Assembly (NCBI GenBank): GCA_043802485.1
Contig: JAZDKZ010000006.1
Coordinates: 71,497-135,496, forward strand
Source of the DNA: Candidatus Aenigmatarchaeota archaeon
Lineage (GTDB): Archaea > Aenigmatarchaeota > Aenigmatarchaeia > Aenigmatarchaeales > Aenigmatarchaeaceae
Length of the DNA stretch: 64,000 bases
Direction of reading: 5' to 3'
The notes beneath the pieces are model-generated. The model made no database searches. It was not told the origin of the DNA and saw only the letters and a list, made by a program, of their open reading frames with translations. Position 1 is the stretch's first letter. Every line of letters begins with the position of its first letter. Shown piece after piece: positions 34,695 through 43,566 of this stretch. The translations under genes were made by a program, and so were the position numbers.

Positions 34695-35126
34695 ATGTTT
34701 GTGAAAGAAATAATGTCCACAGATGTAAAGACTGTCAGGTCCACTGATAATGTCAAGGATGCCGCGTGCCTCATGAATGAGAGCATGATAGGTTGCCTGA
34801 TAGTTCTGTCTGGCACTGGCAAGATTGAGGGTATTGTCACTGAGAGGGACATACTCGTCGACGTGGTCGCCGAGGGAAAGGACCCTTGCTCAGTGGTGGT
34901 CGGTGACATAATGACAAAGGAGCTTGTCATCATATCCCCCGAGAATACCTTGGAAGAGGCGGCAGACGTCATGACAGATAAGAAGATAAAGAAGCTGCCT
35001 GTTGTGCAAGGCTCGAAGCTCGTGGGCATAGTCACTGCCACAGACCTGGTCGCCTATGAAAAGGACCTGATAGAGAAGGTGGCAGACCTTTTGACAATAT
35101 CCCCGATGAAAAGAATCGGCGGATAA
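34695..35126 (+). CDS. CBS-domain pair protein
   Basis: two CBS repeats (VKEIMSTDVKTV...GIVTERDIL and GDIMTKELVIISP...GIVTATDLV). Confidence 0.85.
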   Translation: MFVKEIMSTDVKTVRSTDNVKDAACLMNESMIGCLIVLSGTGKIEGIVTERDILVDVVAEGKDPCSVVVGDIMTKELVIISPENTLEEAADVMTDKKIKKLPVVQGSKLVGIVTATDLVAYEKDLIEKVADLLTISPMKRIGG

Positions 35127-35176
35127 AACTATTTTCTTTTTATTTTAATAACAGTTACAGACATAGCTATATTTTT

Positions 35177-35788
35177 TTATCCGTAGAACTCCTCTTCTCC
35201 GGATTGGTAGAGCCAGATTGCAATATCGAGCTCTTCTGGGGAAATTTCTGCTTCTTTCGCAAGCCCCAAGAAAACTTCTTCTAGTTCCAAGTACCTTTTC
35301 TTTGTCAAGCTCTTGTTCTTATTGATTTTGCCGACCTTTTTGAGAAAGTTCTGGATGTGTACGTCTATTATGGCCATGCCTTGGAAGCCTATGTTTCTCA
35401 TGAAATGGGTTGACTCTTTCATGCCCAGACCCTTTATGTTCTTTGCTAGCCATTCCCTAAGTTCTTGAGGTTCTTTACTAAGATTCTTTTTCAGCTCCGG
35501 AAGTTTTCCCCTGGCCTCCACTATCCTCTGTGCCTTCACTTCTGGGAATCTTACTCCTGTCATGTATTCTCTTATCTTTTCCTGACTTGCTGTAAAGAGC
35601 TTTCCGTCTTTTTTCAATCTATCAACAGCAAGCCTGCAGTACTTTGCCCTGGACTGCGGTGTCATGATGCAGAAGCACAACTCTTCAAACAGGCATTCGT
35701 CGTCCTTGATGCTGCACGTTTTGATAAACGAAGCTATGGTTTTTTTCCTACTTTCATAGAAAATTCTGAGGTTTTCCATTTCCTGCAT
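35177..35788 (-). CDS. N-glycosylase/DNA lyase, archaeal Ogg2-type 8-oxoguanine glycosylase (HhH-GPD)
   Basis: 203 aa; HhH region NIKGLGMKESTHFMRNIG followed by IDVHI; size and pattern as in the M. jannaschii Ogg family. Confidence 0.7.
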   Translation of the reverse strand: MQEMENLRIFYESRKKTIASFIKTCSIKDDECLFEELCFCIMTPQSRAKYCRLAVDRLKKDGKLFTASQEKIREYMTGVRFPEVKAQRIVEARGKLPELKKNLSKEPQELREWLAKNIKGLGMKESTHFMRNIGFQGMAIIDVHIQNFLKKVGKINKNKSLTKKRYLELEEVFLGLAKEAEISPEELDIAIWLYQSGEEEFYG

Positions 35789-35829
35789 AAGAACTATTAT
35801 TTTTAAGAGTTTTAAATTGTATCTAAATT

Positions 35830-36516
35830 ATGATGAAACCTGTTCTGGAGCTTAGGAATGTCAGCAAGACTTACTGCAAGACCGGGCTCCCTGTTCATGC
35901 TTTGAAAAAGACGAATCTGAAAATAAACAGGAAAGAGTTCATCTCTATAATGGGGCCCAGCGGTTCTGGCAAGTCTACCATGCTGCATATGATAGGCTGC
36001 TTGGACAGGCCTACAACCGGGAGCATAATGGTAAACGGAAGAGACATCTCCAAGCTGGATGATAACGAGGTCGCGAGGATAAGAAGAAAGACCATAGGTT
36101 TCATCTTCCAGTTCTTCAATCTTATACCCAACTTTACGGCTGTCAAGAACGTTGAGTTGCCCATGATATTCAGCAATTACCCTGACAGGGAGAAGCGGGC
36201 CGAGGAACTGCTAAAGACTGTTGGGCTTGGCCAGAGGCTTGGTCACTATCCCTCTCAGCTGAGCGGCGGGGAGATTCAGCGAGTTTCTGTCGCAAGGGCC
36301 ATGGCTAACAATCCTGACATAATCCTGGCAGACGAGCCTACTGGCAATCTTGATTCCCAGTCAGGCGCGGAGGTTCTGGACCTACTAAAGAAGTTAAATA
36401 AAGAAAGAGGAGTTACTCTTGTCATGGTGACACATGACAAGAAGATAGCCATGCAGGCAAAGAAACTAATATATTTAAAGGACGGCCAAATAATAAAGAG
36501 AGGTGTTAAAAGATGA
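35830..36516 (+). CDS. ABC transporter ATP-binding protein (MacB/LolD-type)
   Basis: Walker A GPSGSGKST, signature LSGGEIQR, Walker B ILADEPTGNLD. Confidence 0.92.
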   Translation: MMKPVLELRNVSKTYCKTGLPVHALKKTNLKINRKEFISIMGPSGSGKSTMLHMIGCLDRPTTGSIMVNGRDISKLDDNEVARIRRKTIGFIFQFFNLIPNFTAVKNVELPMIFSNYPDREKRAEELLKTVGLGQRLGHYPSQLSGGEIQRVSVARAMANNPDIILADEPTGNLDSQSGAEVLDLLKKLNKERGVTLVMVTHDKKIAMQAKKLIYLKDGQIIKRGVKR

Positions 36517-37646
36517 AAAGGTTTATTATCGTTCTAATTGCCATGGTTCTTCTGGCTACGACTGTTGAGGCTGCTTTGACTTTGAGCGTGGGCTGGTCGC
36601 TGTCAGCAGATACCCTAAAACCTGGGAGCCAGGTGATACTTACTCTTACATTTACCAATGCAGGAACATCTGAAATCACCAATGTTTTTGTTGAGCAGAA
36701 AGCAGGTCCTTCCCTGAAGCTATTATCCGACGCTACGCAGGAGCTGGGCGCTATTGCTTCAGCCTCTTCGCAGCAGACTTCCATAATAATAAAGGCTGAC
36801 GAGGATGCCAAGACAGCCAATTCATTCGTGACAGTTGATGTTGAATACTATAGCGGGACAACAAAGTACTCCAAGACCATCTCTGTACCTGTCCAGATAA
36901 AGAGGTATCCGATACTCCAGATAGTTAACGTCGGCTACGATACAACACCAGAACCCGGAAAGAATGTCATTATCTCTTTTGATATCAAGAATGTTGGCGA
37001 CGGTACTGCCAAGTATCTAAAGATATCCCTTAATCAGAGCAGCGTCTTCTCCATAATGGGCTCTGGAGGAGAGATTGTGATACAGAGCTTGGAATCCTTT
37101 GATAGTCAAAGCGTTGAATTCCCGATAGTCATAAATCCTGACGCTTCTGTCGGCATAAATTCTGTGCCAGTTATTCTATCCTACCAAGACGAGGCAAGAA
37201 TCAACAACTATACCCAAATAGTTAACATAGGTCTGACAATAACAGGCGATGCTGACTTTGTTGCTTCTGTTGATTCTGGGGCCAACTTCTTTTACGGTAG
37301 AGCGGGAGAAGCCGAGATAACCATTTCCAACAAGGGAAGCGGGCCGGCAGAGTTCGTCACTGTTAAAGCAACTTCTGACTATGGCTCCAAGGAGTTCTAT
37401 ATAGGGAGCCTGGATGTTGACGACTCTGAGACGATTGACCTTTTGCAGAACCTAGCAGGCGTCTCTGGCAAATACCCGATAACCCTGGAAATTTCTTACA
37501 GGGACAAGTTCCAGAACACTTACATTGTCACAAAAACAGTCGAGGCTATGCCCACCAATGCTCCTGCTGACTATACGTTTGTCATAGTGGTCGTGGTGGT
37601 TGCTGCGATAAGCGTCTGGTACTATAGGAAGAAAAAGAAAAAGTGA
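36513..37646 (+). CDS. secreted repeat protein with C-terminal membrane anchor (CARDB / COG1361 S-layer-domain-like)
   Basis: signal peptide, repeated beta-rich modules (ILTLTFTNAGTSEIT, VIISFDIKNVGDGTA, AEITISNKGSGPA), C-terminal TM + KKKKK. Confidence 0.55.
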   Translation: MKRFIIVLIAMVLLATTVEAALTLSVGWSLSADTLKPGSQVILTLTFTNAGTSEITNVFVEQKAGPSLKLLSDATQELGAIASASSQQTSIIIKADEDAKTANSFVTVDVEYYSGTTKYSKTISVPVQIKRYPILQIVNVGYDTTPEPGKNVIISFDIKNVGDGTAKYLKISLNQSSVFSIMGSGGEIVIQSLESFDSQSVEFPIVINPDASVGINSVPVILSYQDEARINNYTQIVNIGLTITGDADFVASVDSGANFFYGRAGEAEITISNKGSGPAEFVTVKATSDYGSKEFYIGSLDVDDSETIDLLQNLAGVSGKYPITLEISYRDKFQNTYIVTKTVEAMPTNAPADYTFVIVVVVVAAISVWYYRKKKKK

Positions 37647-37650
37647 CTAG

Positions 37651-38838
37651 ATGATCAGGGAAAGTCTAGAATTGTCTGTTAGTAGTTTGAAGCACAGGAA
37701 AATCAGTTCTGCTTTGACGATTCTAGGTATAGTGATTGGCATAACTTCTATTATCGCCCTTCTTTCTATTGGTGAGGGTCTGCAACAGGCTGTCATAGAG
37801 CAGCTCAATGCTGTGGGTAATGACAAGATAATCGTTTCTTCAGGTTCTGACTTTATGTCTGCCTTTTCTGGCGAGGGTCTTGTTGAGGATGACATAGACA
37901 TGGTCGAATCTGAGAATGGTGTTGAGGTGGCCTTTGGGACCTTGGTAAAATCAATTCCAGTTAAATACAAAAAAGAAAACATGATAGGTCAAGTGATTGG
38001 GATACGCTCGGAAGACACGGAAAAGATTTTTGAACAAATGAAGGTTTGGGAAATAGATTCTGGCAGGTATTTCAAGAAAGGAGAAAGAGGACTTGCTGTA
38101 ATAGGAAAGACGACTTCGGAGGAAGTTTTTGAGAAAGAAGTCAGTATAGGAGATTCTATTTACGTGATGAACGAGAGATTCAAGGTCGTTGGGATATTGA
38201 AATCAACTGCAAATAACCAGAGGGACAGGTCCATTTTCATACCGATGCAACAGCTGAGAGAGTTGACAGATACCCCGGATTCTATAACAGTGATTTTTGC
38301 CAAAGTCTCGGATGTGGAAAGAATAGAGAGCATCGCCGAAAATATAGAGGAAGAGCTTGATGATGAGTATGGAGAAGGCTATTATCAGGCCTCTACCAGC
38401 CAGCAGATAGCTGACAGCGCGAGTTCGATAATAAGCGTTATATCATTTGTGCTGGGAGGTATCGCGTCAATAGCCCTGATAGTTGCAGGTTTTGGCATAG
38501 CCAACACCATGTTCACTGCTGTCATGGAGAGGACCAAGGAGATAGGGACCATGAAGGCCATAGGCGCGACAAACTATAATGTGATGGAGATATTTCTGAT
38601 AGAAGCCAGTCTTTTGGGATTCTTCGGCGGTGTAGTGGGCTGCATCCTGGGTTTCGTGATATCACAGGTAATAACAGCCGTTGCAGTCAACATCATACCT
38701 GTTCCTTTCAATGCTGTGGTGTCACCTGAGATGATAGTATTGTCTTTGATTTTTTCGACTGTTATTGGTATAATTTCCGGTTTGTGGCCGGCAAGAAGGG
38801 CTGCCAAGTTGCAGCCTGTTGAGGCTTTGAGGAGATAA
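37651..38838 (+). CDS. ABC transporter permease, MacB/FtsX family
   Basis: N-terminal TM, large extracytoplasmic domain, C-terminal FtsX 3-TM module ending WPARRAAKLQPVEALR. Confidence 0.88.
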   Translation: MIRESLELSVSSLKHRKISSALTILGIVIGITSIIALLSIGEGLQQAVIEQLNAVGNDKIIVSSGSDFMSAFSGEGLVEDDIDMVESENGVEVAFGTLVKSIPVKYKKENMIGQVIGIRSEDTEKIFEQMKVWEIDSGRYFKKGERGLAVIGKTTSEEVFEKEVSIGDSIYVMNERFKVVGILKSTANNQRDRSIFIPMQQLRELTDTPDSITVIFAKVSDVERIESIAENIEEELDDEYGEGYYQASTSQQIADSASSIISVISFVLGGIASIALIVAGFGIANTMFTAVMERTKEIGTMKAIGATNYNVMEIFLIEASLLGFFGGVVGCILGFVISQVITAVAVNIIPVPFNAVVSPEMIVLSLIFSTVIGIISGLWPARRAAKLQPVEALRR

Positions 38839-38839
38839 T

Positions 38840-40039
38840 ATGATAAGAGAGAGTTTGGAAATAGCGACAGATACACTAAAGCACAGAAAGATCAGTTCCA
38901 TTCTGACGATAATGGGTATAATTATTGGGATATCCTCAATAATCAGCCTTCTTTCAATAGGCTTTGGGCTCGAGCAATCGATAACAGAGCAGCTAGAAGG
39001 CATGGGTTCTGACAAGATAATGATCATGCCTGGTTCAGATGGGGGCTTTGGGATGTCTGCATTCACTGCCGAGAGCTTGACAGATGAAGATGTTGAGACT
39101 ATTGAGGACATAAGTGGTGTCAAGATGGCTGTTGGCCTTCTCATGAAGACCTTGCCTGTCAGATACAAAGACGAGGTCATATCGACTTACATAACAGGGG
39201 GAACACCCGAAGCTTACGATAAGATGTTTTTGGAGATGAGAATATTTGAGATTGATGAAGGTAGGACTGCTAAAGATGGCGAGCGGGGCGTTGCAGCAAT
39301 AGGCTATAGGATTGTGGGTGATATTTTTGAAGAGGATGTCGGCATGGGCGACAGCATCTACATAAAGGGTCAGAAGTTCAAAGTCATAGGAAACCTCAAG
39401 TCCATCGGCAACACTCAGGACGACCAGAACATCTACATCCCTCTGGATGACCTTAGGGAGCTTGCTGGCGGGAAGAACACGCTTACCATGATATATGCCC
39501 AAGTCTCAGATACAGACAACATTGATGATATTTCTGACAAGATTGAAAAGAAGCTGGAGAAGAAATACGGCGACAACACGATATCGACCATAACAAGTGA
39601 GCAGATGGCCGAGATGACAAGCTCCATATTTTCTGTTCTCACCTTTGTTATCGGGGGAATCGCCTCTATCTCGCTTTTGGTTGCCGGGGTCGGCATAGCA
39701 AACACCATGTTCATCTCTGTCATGGAAAGGACCAAGGAGATTGGTATCATGAAGGCCATAGGCGCAACGAACTATGACGTGATGGAGATATTTCTGATAG
39801 AAGCTAGTCTACTGGGTTTTATAGGCGGTTCCATCGGCTGCGCTGTCGGTTATATCATATCCAGAATAATAAACGTTGTTGCTTCGGGCATGCTGCCAAT
39901 CACCTTTGAGGCGACCGTTACCTTGGAAATGATCGCATTAGGTTTGGGCTTTTCTGTTGTTATAGGGATAATCTCAGGCTTGTGGCCTGCCAGAAGAGCC
40001 GCTAAGCTGCAGCCAGTTGACGCCTTGAGATACGAATAA
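38840..40039 (+). CDS. ABC transporter permease, MacB/FtsX family (tandem paralog)
   Basis: same architecture as the preceding gene; MIRESLE... start and WPARRAAKLQPVDALR end. Confidence 0.88.
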   Translation: MIRESLEIATDTLKHRKISSILTIMGIIIGISSIISLLSIGFGLEQSITEQLEGMGSDKIMIMPGSDGGFGMSAFTAESLTDEDVETIEDISGVKMAVGLLMKTLPVRYKDEVISTYITGGTPEAYDKMFLEMRIFEIDEGRTAKDGERGVAAIGYRIVGDIFEEDVGMGDSIYIKGQKFKVIGNLKSIGNTQDDQNIYIPLDDLRELAGGKNTLTMIYAQVSDTDNIDDISDKIEKKLEKKYGDNTISTITSEQMAEMTSSIFSVLTFVIGGIASISLLVAGVGIANTMFISVMERTKEIGIMKAIGATNYDVMEIFLIEASLLGFIGGSIGCAVGYIISRIINVVASGMLPITFEATVTLEMIALGLGFSVVIGIISGLWPARRAAKLQPVDALRYE

Positions 40040-40429
40040 TTATTTCGTTTGAACTATCATCTTTCTTCCCATCAGAACCCAGTAGAGTATTTCTCCGCCC
40101 TGCTGCAGTTTTCCCTTGAATTCTTCTGTTAAAGGGGCTTCGAATGTTTCATATGTTTCCATGTCCATTATCTGAACGTTGTTTTCTGTTATTGCAACTA
40201 TCTGTCCTGTTCTTTTGTCGACGATGGGAACATCAATATCAGAATCTGCTGGTTTTACTATTGATCTTTTCTTGTTATCAAATATGCCCACGGCTTCCAG
40301 TCTTGCCTTTGCTCCGCCATGTTTACCTGGATGTGAAGTAGTCATGTTGAGAACCTTGCAAGGCTCGTCGTCGATGACACAATATCTTCCCGGTTTTAGA
40401 TTTTTTATCGTTGTTCTTGTTGTTGTCAT
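40040..40429 (-). CDS. eif5a: translation initiation factor 5A (aIF5A)
   Basis: hypusine loop TSHPGKHGGAKARLEAVGIFD; start at internal MTTTRT.. (ORF extends to 40453). Confidence 0.9.
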   Translation of the reverse strand: MTTTRTTIKNLKPGRYCVIDDEPCKVLNMTTSHPGKHGGAKARLEAVGIFDNKKRSIVKPADSDIDVPIVDKRTGQIVAITENNVQIMDMETYETFEAPLTEEFKGKLQQGGEILYWVLMGRKMIVQTK

Positions 40430-40460
40430 GAAAGAATAAGGTAAAAAGAACAATATAAAA

Positions 40461-40661
40461 TTAAGCCTTGTCTGCTACCAGTTTGATGTCTTCCTTGAAG
40501 ACAGTCTTCCTTTTGGCGTGCTTGGCTATCTGAGAGGCTTCCAATGCTATTTCAAGGCCTATCTCCTCTGTTGTTTTGGCCAGTTCGTTTATGGCTTTGG
40601 CCGATATCCTTCTGGCTCCTGCTTTTCTTGCTATCCTCTCTATGCACGCTAAGGGAATCAT
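40461..40661 (-). CDS. archaeal histone (HMf family)
   Basis: 66 aa histone fold: PLACIERIARKAGARRISAKAINELAKTTEE...AKHAKRKTVFKEDIKLV. Confidence 0.9.
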   Translation of the reverse strand: MIPLACIERIARKAGARRISAKAINELAKTTEEIGLEIALEASQIAKHAKRKTVFKEDIKLVADKA

Positions 40662-40862
40662 AATATCTGATATATTATAATGTCAGCTTTGATTAAAATC
40701 TAACGCATGTTTAAAAAGTGGTTCTTGGACGATAGATTTTAAACAAAGCCCACAACGACAAATTGCTTATAAAGATACGAAAGTTTTAAATAGACCTGCA
40801 AATATAAATAATATTGCTAAGTTTGAAGTGATTTACTACTTTATAGTAAATATGGTGAAAAA

Positions 40863-41117
40863 ATGATTGATTACAGAGGACTTTTTGCTGAGGGCATAGA
40901 TGAGTCAAGACTAGATAATTTCAAAAGCCTTTTGGGAACTCATGGTGCCACATTCAAGAGGACAGGAAAAAATAATGAACGTCTCGATGGGCATATTATA
41001 GTGGATATGAATAAGGCGCATGAGCTTATGGAAAAACTAGAGAACGACGACTATGTACTGAATGTAAAGCCTATTATTGATTATGATTCTTTAAAACAAA
41101 GGGTTATAGGTGATTGA
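40863..41117 (+). CDS. hypothetical protein abutting tfb
   Basis: 84-aa ORF; its stop is immediately followed by the TTG start of tfb. Confidence 0.35.
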   Translation: MIDYRGLFAEGIDESRLDNFKSLLGTHGATFKRTGKNNERLDGHIIVDMNKAHELMEKLENDDYVLNVKPIIDYDSLKQRVIGD

Positions 41118-42104
41118 TTGCCAAGAAAAAGCGCGAAAAAAGCAAAAGTTTGTCCGGATTGCGGCTCCAAATATTTTAGAGAGGACCCGTCAAGAGGGGA
41201 GACTGTTTGCGCGAAATGCGGTCTAATTTTGGAAGAAGAGATGATAGATACTTCTCCAGAATGGAGGGCTTTTGACGAAGAGCAGATGTCCAGAAGGACC
41301 AGAGCTGGCGCTCCTTTGACCTTTACCAAGCATGACAAGGGTCTTACAACAGAGATAGGTAGGGGAAGGGGAGAGCTTTTCAAGGTTGCTCCGTCCAAGA
41401 GGGCTCAGTACTACAGGCTGACAAAGTGGCAAAAGAGGCTGGTCGAGTCAAAGGACAGAAACCTGTCTTTCGCTCTGTCAGAGCTTCAGAGACTGATATC
41501 TTTCCTTGGTCTGCCAAGGTCTGTTCACGAGGAAGTTGCAAAGAAGTACGAACAGGCTGTTGACAGGGGCTTGGTCAGAGGAAGGTCAATGGAGTCTGTT
41601 ATAGCAGCTCTGCTGTACACAGTCTGCAGGGAAATGGGCACTCCTAGGACTCTGGAAGAAATAGCAGAAGCTTCTGGTGTGGAGAGAAGGGAGATTGGAA
41701 GAACCTACAGGTACATAGCAAGGGAGCTCGGCATGAGAATCCTGCCTGCTATGCCAAAGGACTATGTTCCAAGATTCGCGTCCATGCTAGGTCTGACCGA
41801 CAAGGTCCAGGCAAGGGCAATAAGATACCTCAAAAAGGCCAAGCAGATAGAGGCTTCCTCAGGAAAGGGGCCGACTGGCGTGGCAGCTGCAGCATTGTAC
41901 ATTGCAGCTGTGCTGGAAGGCGAGAAGAGGACTCAAAGAGAAATAGCCGACGCTATTGGTGTGACAGAGGTTACCATAAGGAACAGGTTCAAGGAACTTG
42001 TGGAAAAACTCGGCTTGGAAGAAGAGGTTGAGAAGAAGGTCAGGGAAGAAAGCACGGAAAGAATAGAAAGAAAGGCCAAGAGACTAGCCAAGAAAAAGAA
42101 ATAG
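41118..42104 (+). CDS. tfb: transcription initiation factor IIB (TFB) with K/E-rich C-terminal tail
   Basis: zinc ribbon CPDCGS...CAKCG, B-reader/linker SPEWRAF, two cyclin repeats; TTG start inferred (no upstream in-frame ATG). Confidence 0.93.
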   Translation: MPRKSAKKAKVCPDCGSKYFREDPSRGETVCAKCGLILEEEMIDTSPEWRAFDEEQMSRRTRAGAPLTFTKHDKGLTTEIGRGRGELFKVAPSKRAQYYRLTKWQKRLVESKDRNLSFALSELQRLISFLGLPRSVHEEVAKKYEQAVDRGLVRGRSMESVIAALLYTVCREMGTPRTLEEIAEASGVERREIGRTYRYIARELGMRILPAMPKDYVPRFASMLGLTDKVQARAIRYLKKAKQIEASSGKGPTGVAAAALYIAAVLEGEKRTQREIADAIGVTEVTIRNRFKELVEKLGLEEEVEKKVREESTERIERKAKRLAKKKK

Positions 42105-42359
42105 TCAATACCTTTTCATTTTTTCTTCTATTAGCTTTAGCCTAGTGTCTATTGTGTCCAGCTTTTGTAGCACAAGCTCCATCTTGTCGCCTCTGAACTC
42201 TTCCCTCGGCATGTCCAAAGGCTTGTCATAAAAGTCTGTTCTGGACTCTTCTGGTTGAGGTAGCCTGAATTTCTCTAGGTCGCTCGGCAGGCTTGTCGGC
42301 AAGTCAGGAGCTATCCTTACCTCTTCCTTTTTTCTTTTGAATCTGTCTAGCATACTCAT
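42105..42359 (-). CDS. hypothetical small protein with C-terminal coiled coil
   Basis: 84-aa ORF; 4-nt overlap with the upstream gene. Confidence 0.4.
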   Translation of the reverse strand: MSMLDRFKRKKEEVRIAPDLPTSLPSDLEKFRLPQPEESRTDFYDKPLDMPREEFRGDKMELVLQKLDTIDTRLKLIEEKMKRY

Positions 42360-42850
42360 TTAACCACCATTTTCTCCAACTCTTTTTTCAGCTCGTTTTC
42401 CAGCTCTTCCAGCCTTGCTTTAGCTTCTGCTAAATACTTTCTTCTTTGCTCTGAATAAAACAAGCGCGAGTAAAGCAGAACAAGACCCTTGCCCATCAGG
42501 TTAGAATATTTGAACTCTGTCTGAAGCGCACCTGTTATCTCTATCTCGATGCTACCTATTTTGTTCTTGTTCTGCGATCCGAATACTTTGACTTTCGCCC
42601 ATACAGATGTTCTTTCGTCTTTGGGGTCGTTTCCTCTCCACTCACCGTAGAAGTCCGTGTTCTCTGTCGAGACGTCCCACTTTATCTTGTCCTCGTAGAA
42701 CTTTGAGCCTCTAAGCCTGAAGATGTTTTTCATCAAGTCAGGAACTATTTTCAAGAATCTCGAAGGATGTTGACCGGTGAACTTTAATTTTTTCGCGTGC
42801 TCCGGCGCCAGCACATCAGCCTTGAGCTTTAGGCTAGTCATGTTGGACAC
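42356..42850 (-). CDS. hypothetical protein, paralog of 42834..43337
   Basis: 164 aa; beta-rich core ending IEITGALQTEF then a long C-terminal helix; shared pattern with its neighbour. Confidence 0.45.
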   Translation of the reverse strand: MSNMTSLKLKADVLAPEHAKKLKFTGQHPSRFLKIVPDLMKNIFRLRGSKFYEDKIKWDVSTENTDFYGEWRGNDPKDERTSVWAKVKVFGSQNKNKIGSIEIEITGALQTEFKYSNLMGKGLVLLYSRLFYSEQRRKYLAEAKARLEELENELKKELEKMVVK

Positions 42851-43337
42851 TTGACAAGACTCTTAATTCGTTGACAAAGCTTGAAAGAAGGTATCTGCCA
42901 TTCCTCATGAACTCGTCTCTCTTTGATGAATAGAACGATGAATGCCATAACATCCTCATGAACTCGTACAGCAGGCTCTTCTGCCACGCTGTGTCCTGGG
43001 GATACTCTGTTCTAAGAGCGCCCTCCACTACTATCTTGGCGCTTCCAGTTGTTTTGGACGCTTCGCCTTCAAGTGAAACCTCGACCCAGTAATACGAGAA
43101 CTTGTCCAGGTCCTTTTGCAGCTCCCACTTTATCTTGAACTTTTCAGGGTTTCCCTTTGACCAGTGAAACTCTTTTTCCTGTATAGAATGCTCATGAACT
43201 CGGAAGTTGGCTATCAGCAGGTTGTATATCTCCTTGTAGAACTTTCTTGAATCCACCCCGTCGAACTGCATGGTCATCTTAGGGACAGGCCTTAGCAAAT
43301 CGTCGTGTATCATCAGTTTTGTTCTTGCCCAGACCAT
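42834..43337 (-). CDS. hypothetical protein, paralog of 42356..42850
   Basis: 167 aa; core ending IVVEGALRTEY then a C-terminal helix; 17-nt overlap with the downstream paralog. Confidence 0.45.
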   Translation of the reverse strand: MVWARTKLMIHDDLLRPVPKMTMQFDGVDSRKFYKEIYNLLIANFRVHEHSIQEKEFHWSKGNPEKFKIKWELQKDLDKFSYYWVEVSLEGEASKTTGSAKIVVEGALRTEYPQDTAWQKSLLYEFMRMLWHSSFYSSKRDEFMRNGRYLLSSFVNELRVLSSVQHD

Positions 43338-43395
43338 TTTTATCTAAGCTAATATTAGATAAACGTTTTTATAAACTTTATATCAATTATTAATT

Positions 43396-43560
43396 ATGAT
43401 TTTGAAGGTTCTGGGTCTAATAATGCTTTTCTTGGGATTTCTAGTGCTAAAGTACTTTCCTGACATGTCTGACTACCAGCAAAAAGGAATGACGTCCTTC
43501 GGGATATTGATAGGGGTTGTATTATCTATAACAGGCATAATAATGTTAATAGTGGGTTGA
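43396..43560 (+). CDS. 54-aa two-TM membrane peptide
   Basis: hand-translated MILKVLGLIMLFLGFLVLKYFPDMSDYQQKGMTSFGILIGVVLSITGIIMLIVG; TTTTTATAAA box about 25 nt upstream; its stop abuts the next ORF. Confidence 0.35.
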   Translation: MILKVLGLIMLFLGFLVLKYFPDMSDYQQKGMTSFGILIGVVLSITGIIMLIVG

Positions 43561-43566
43561 TTGGGG

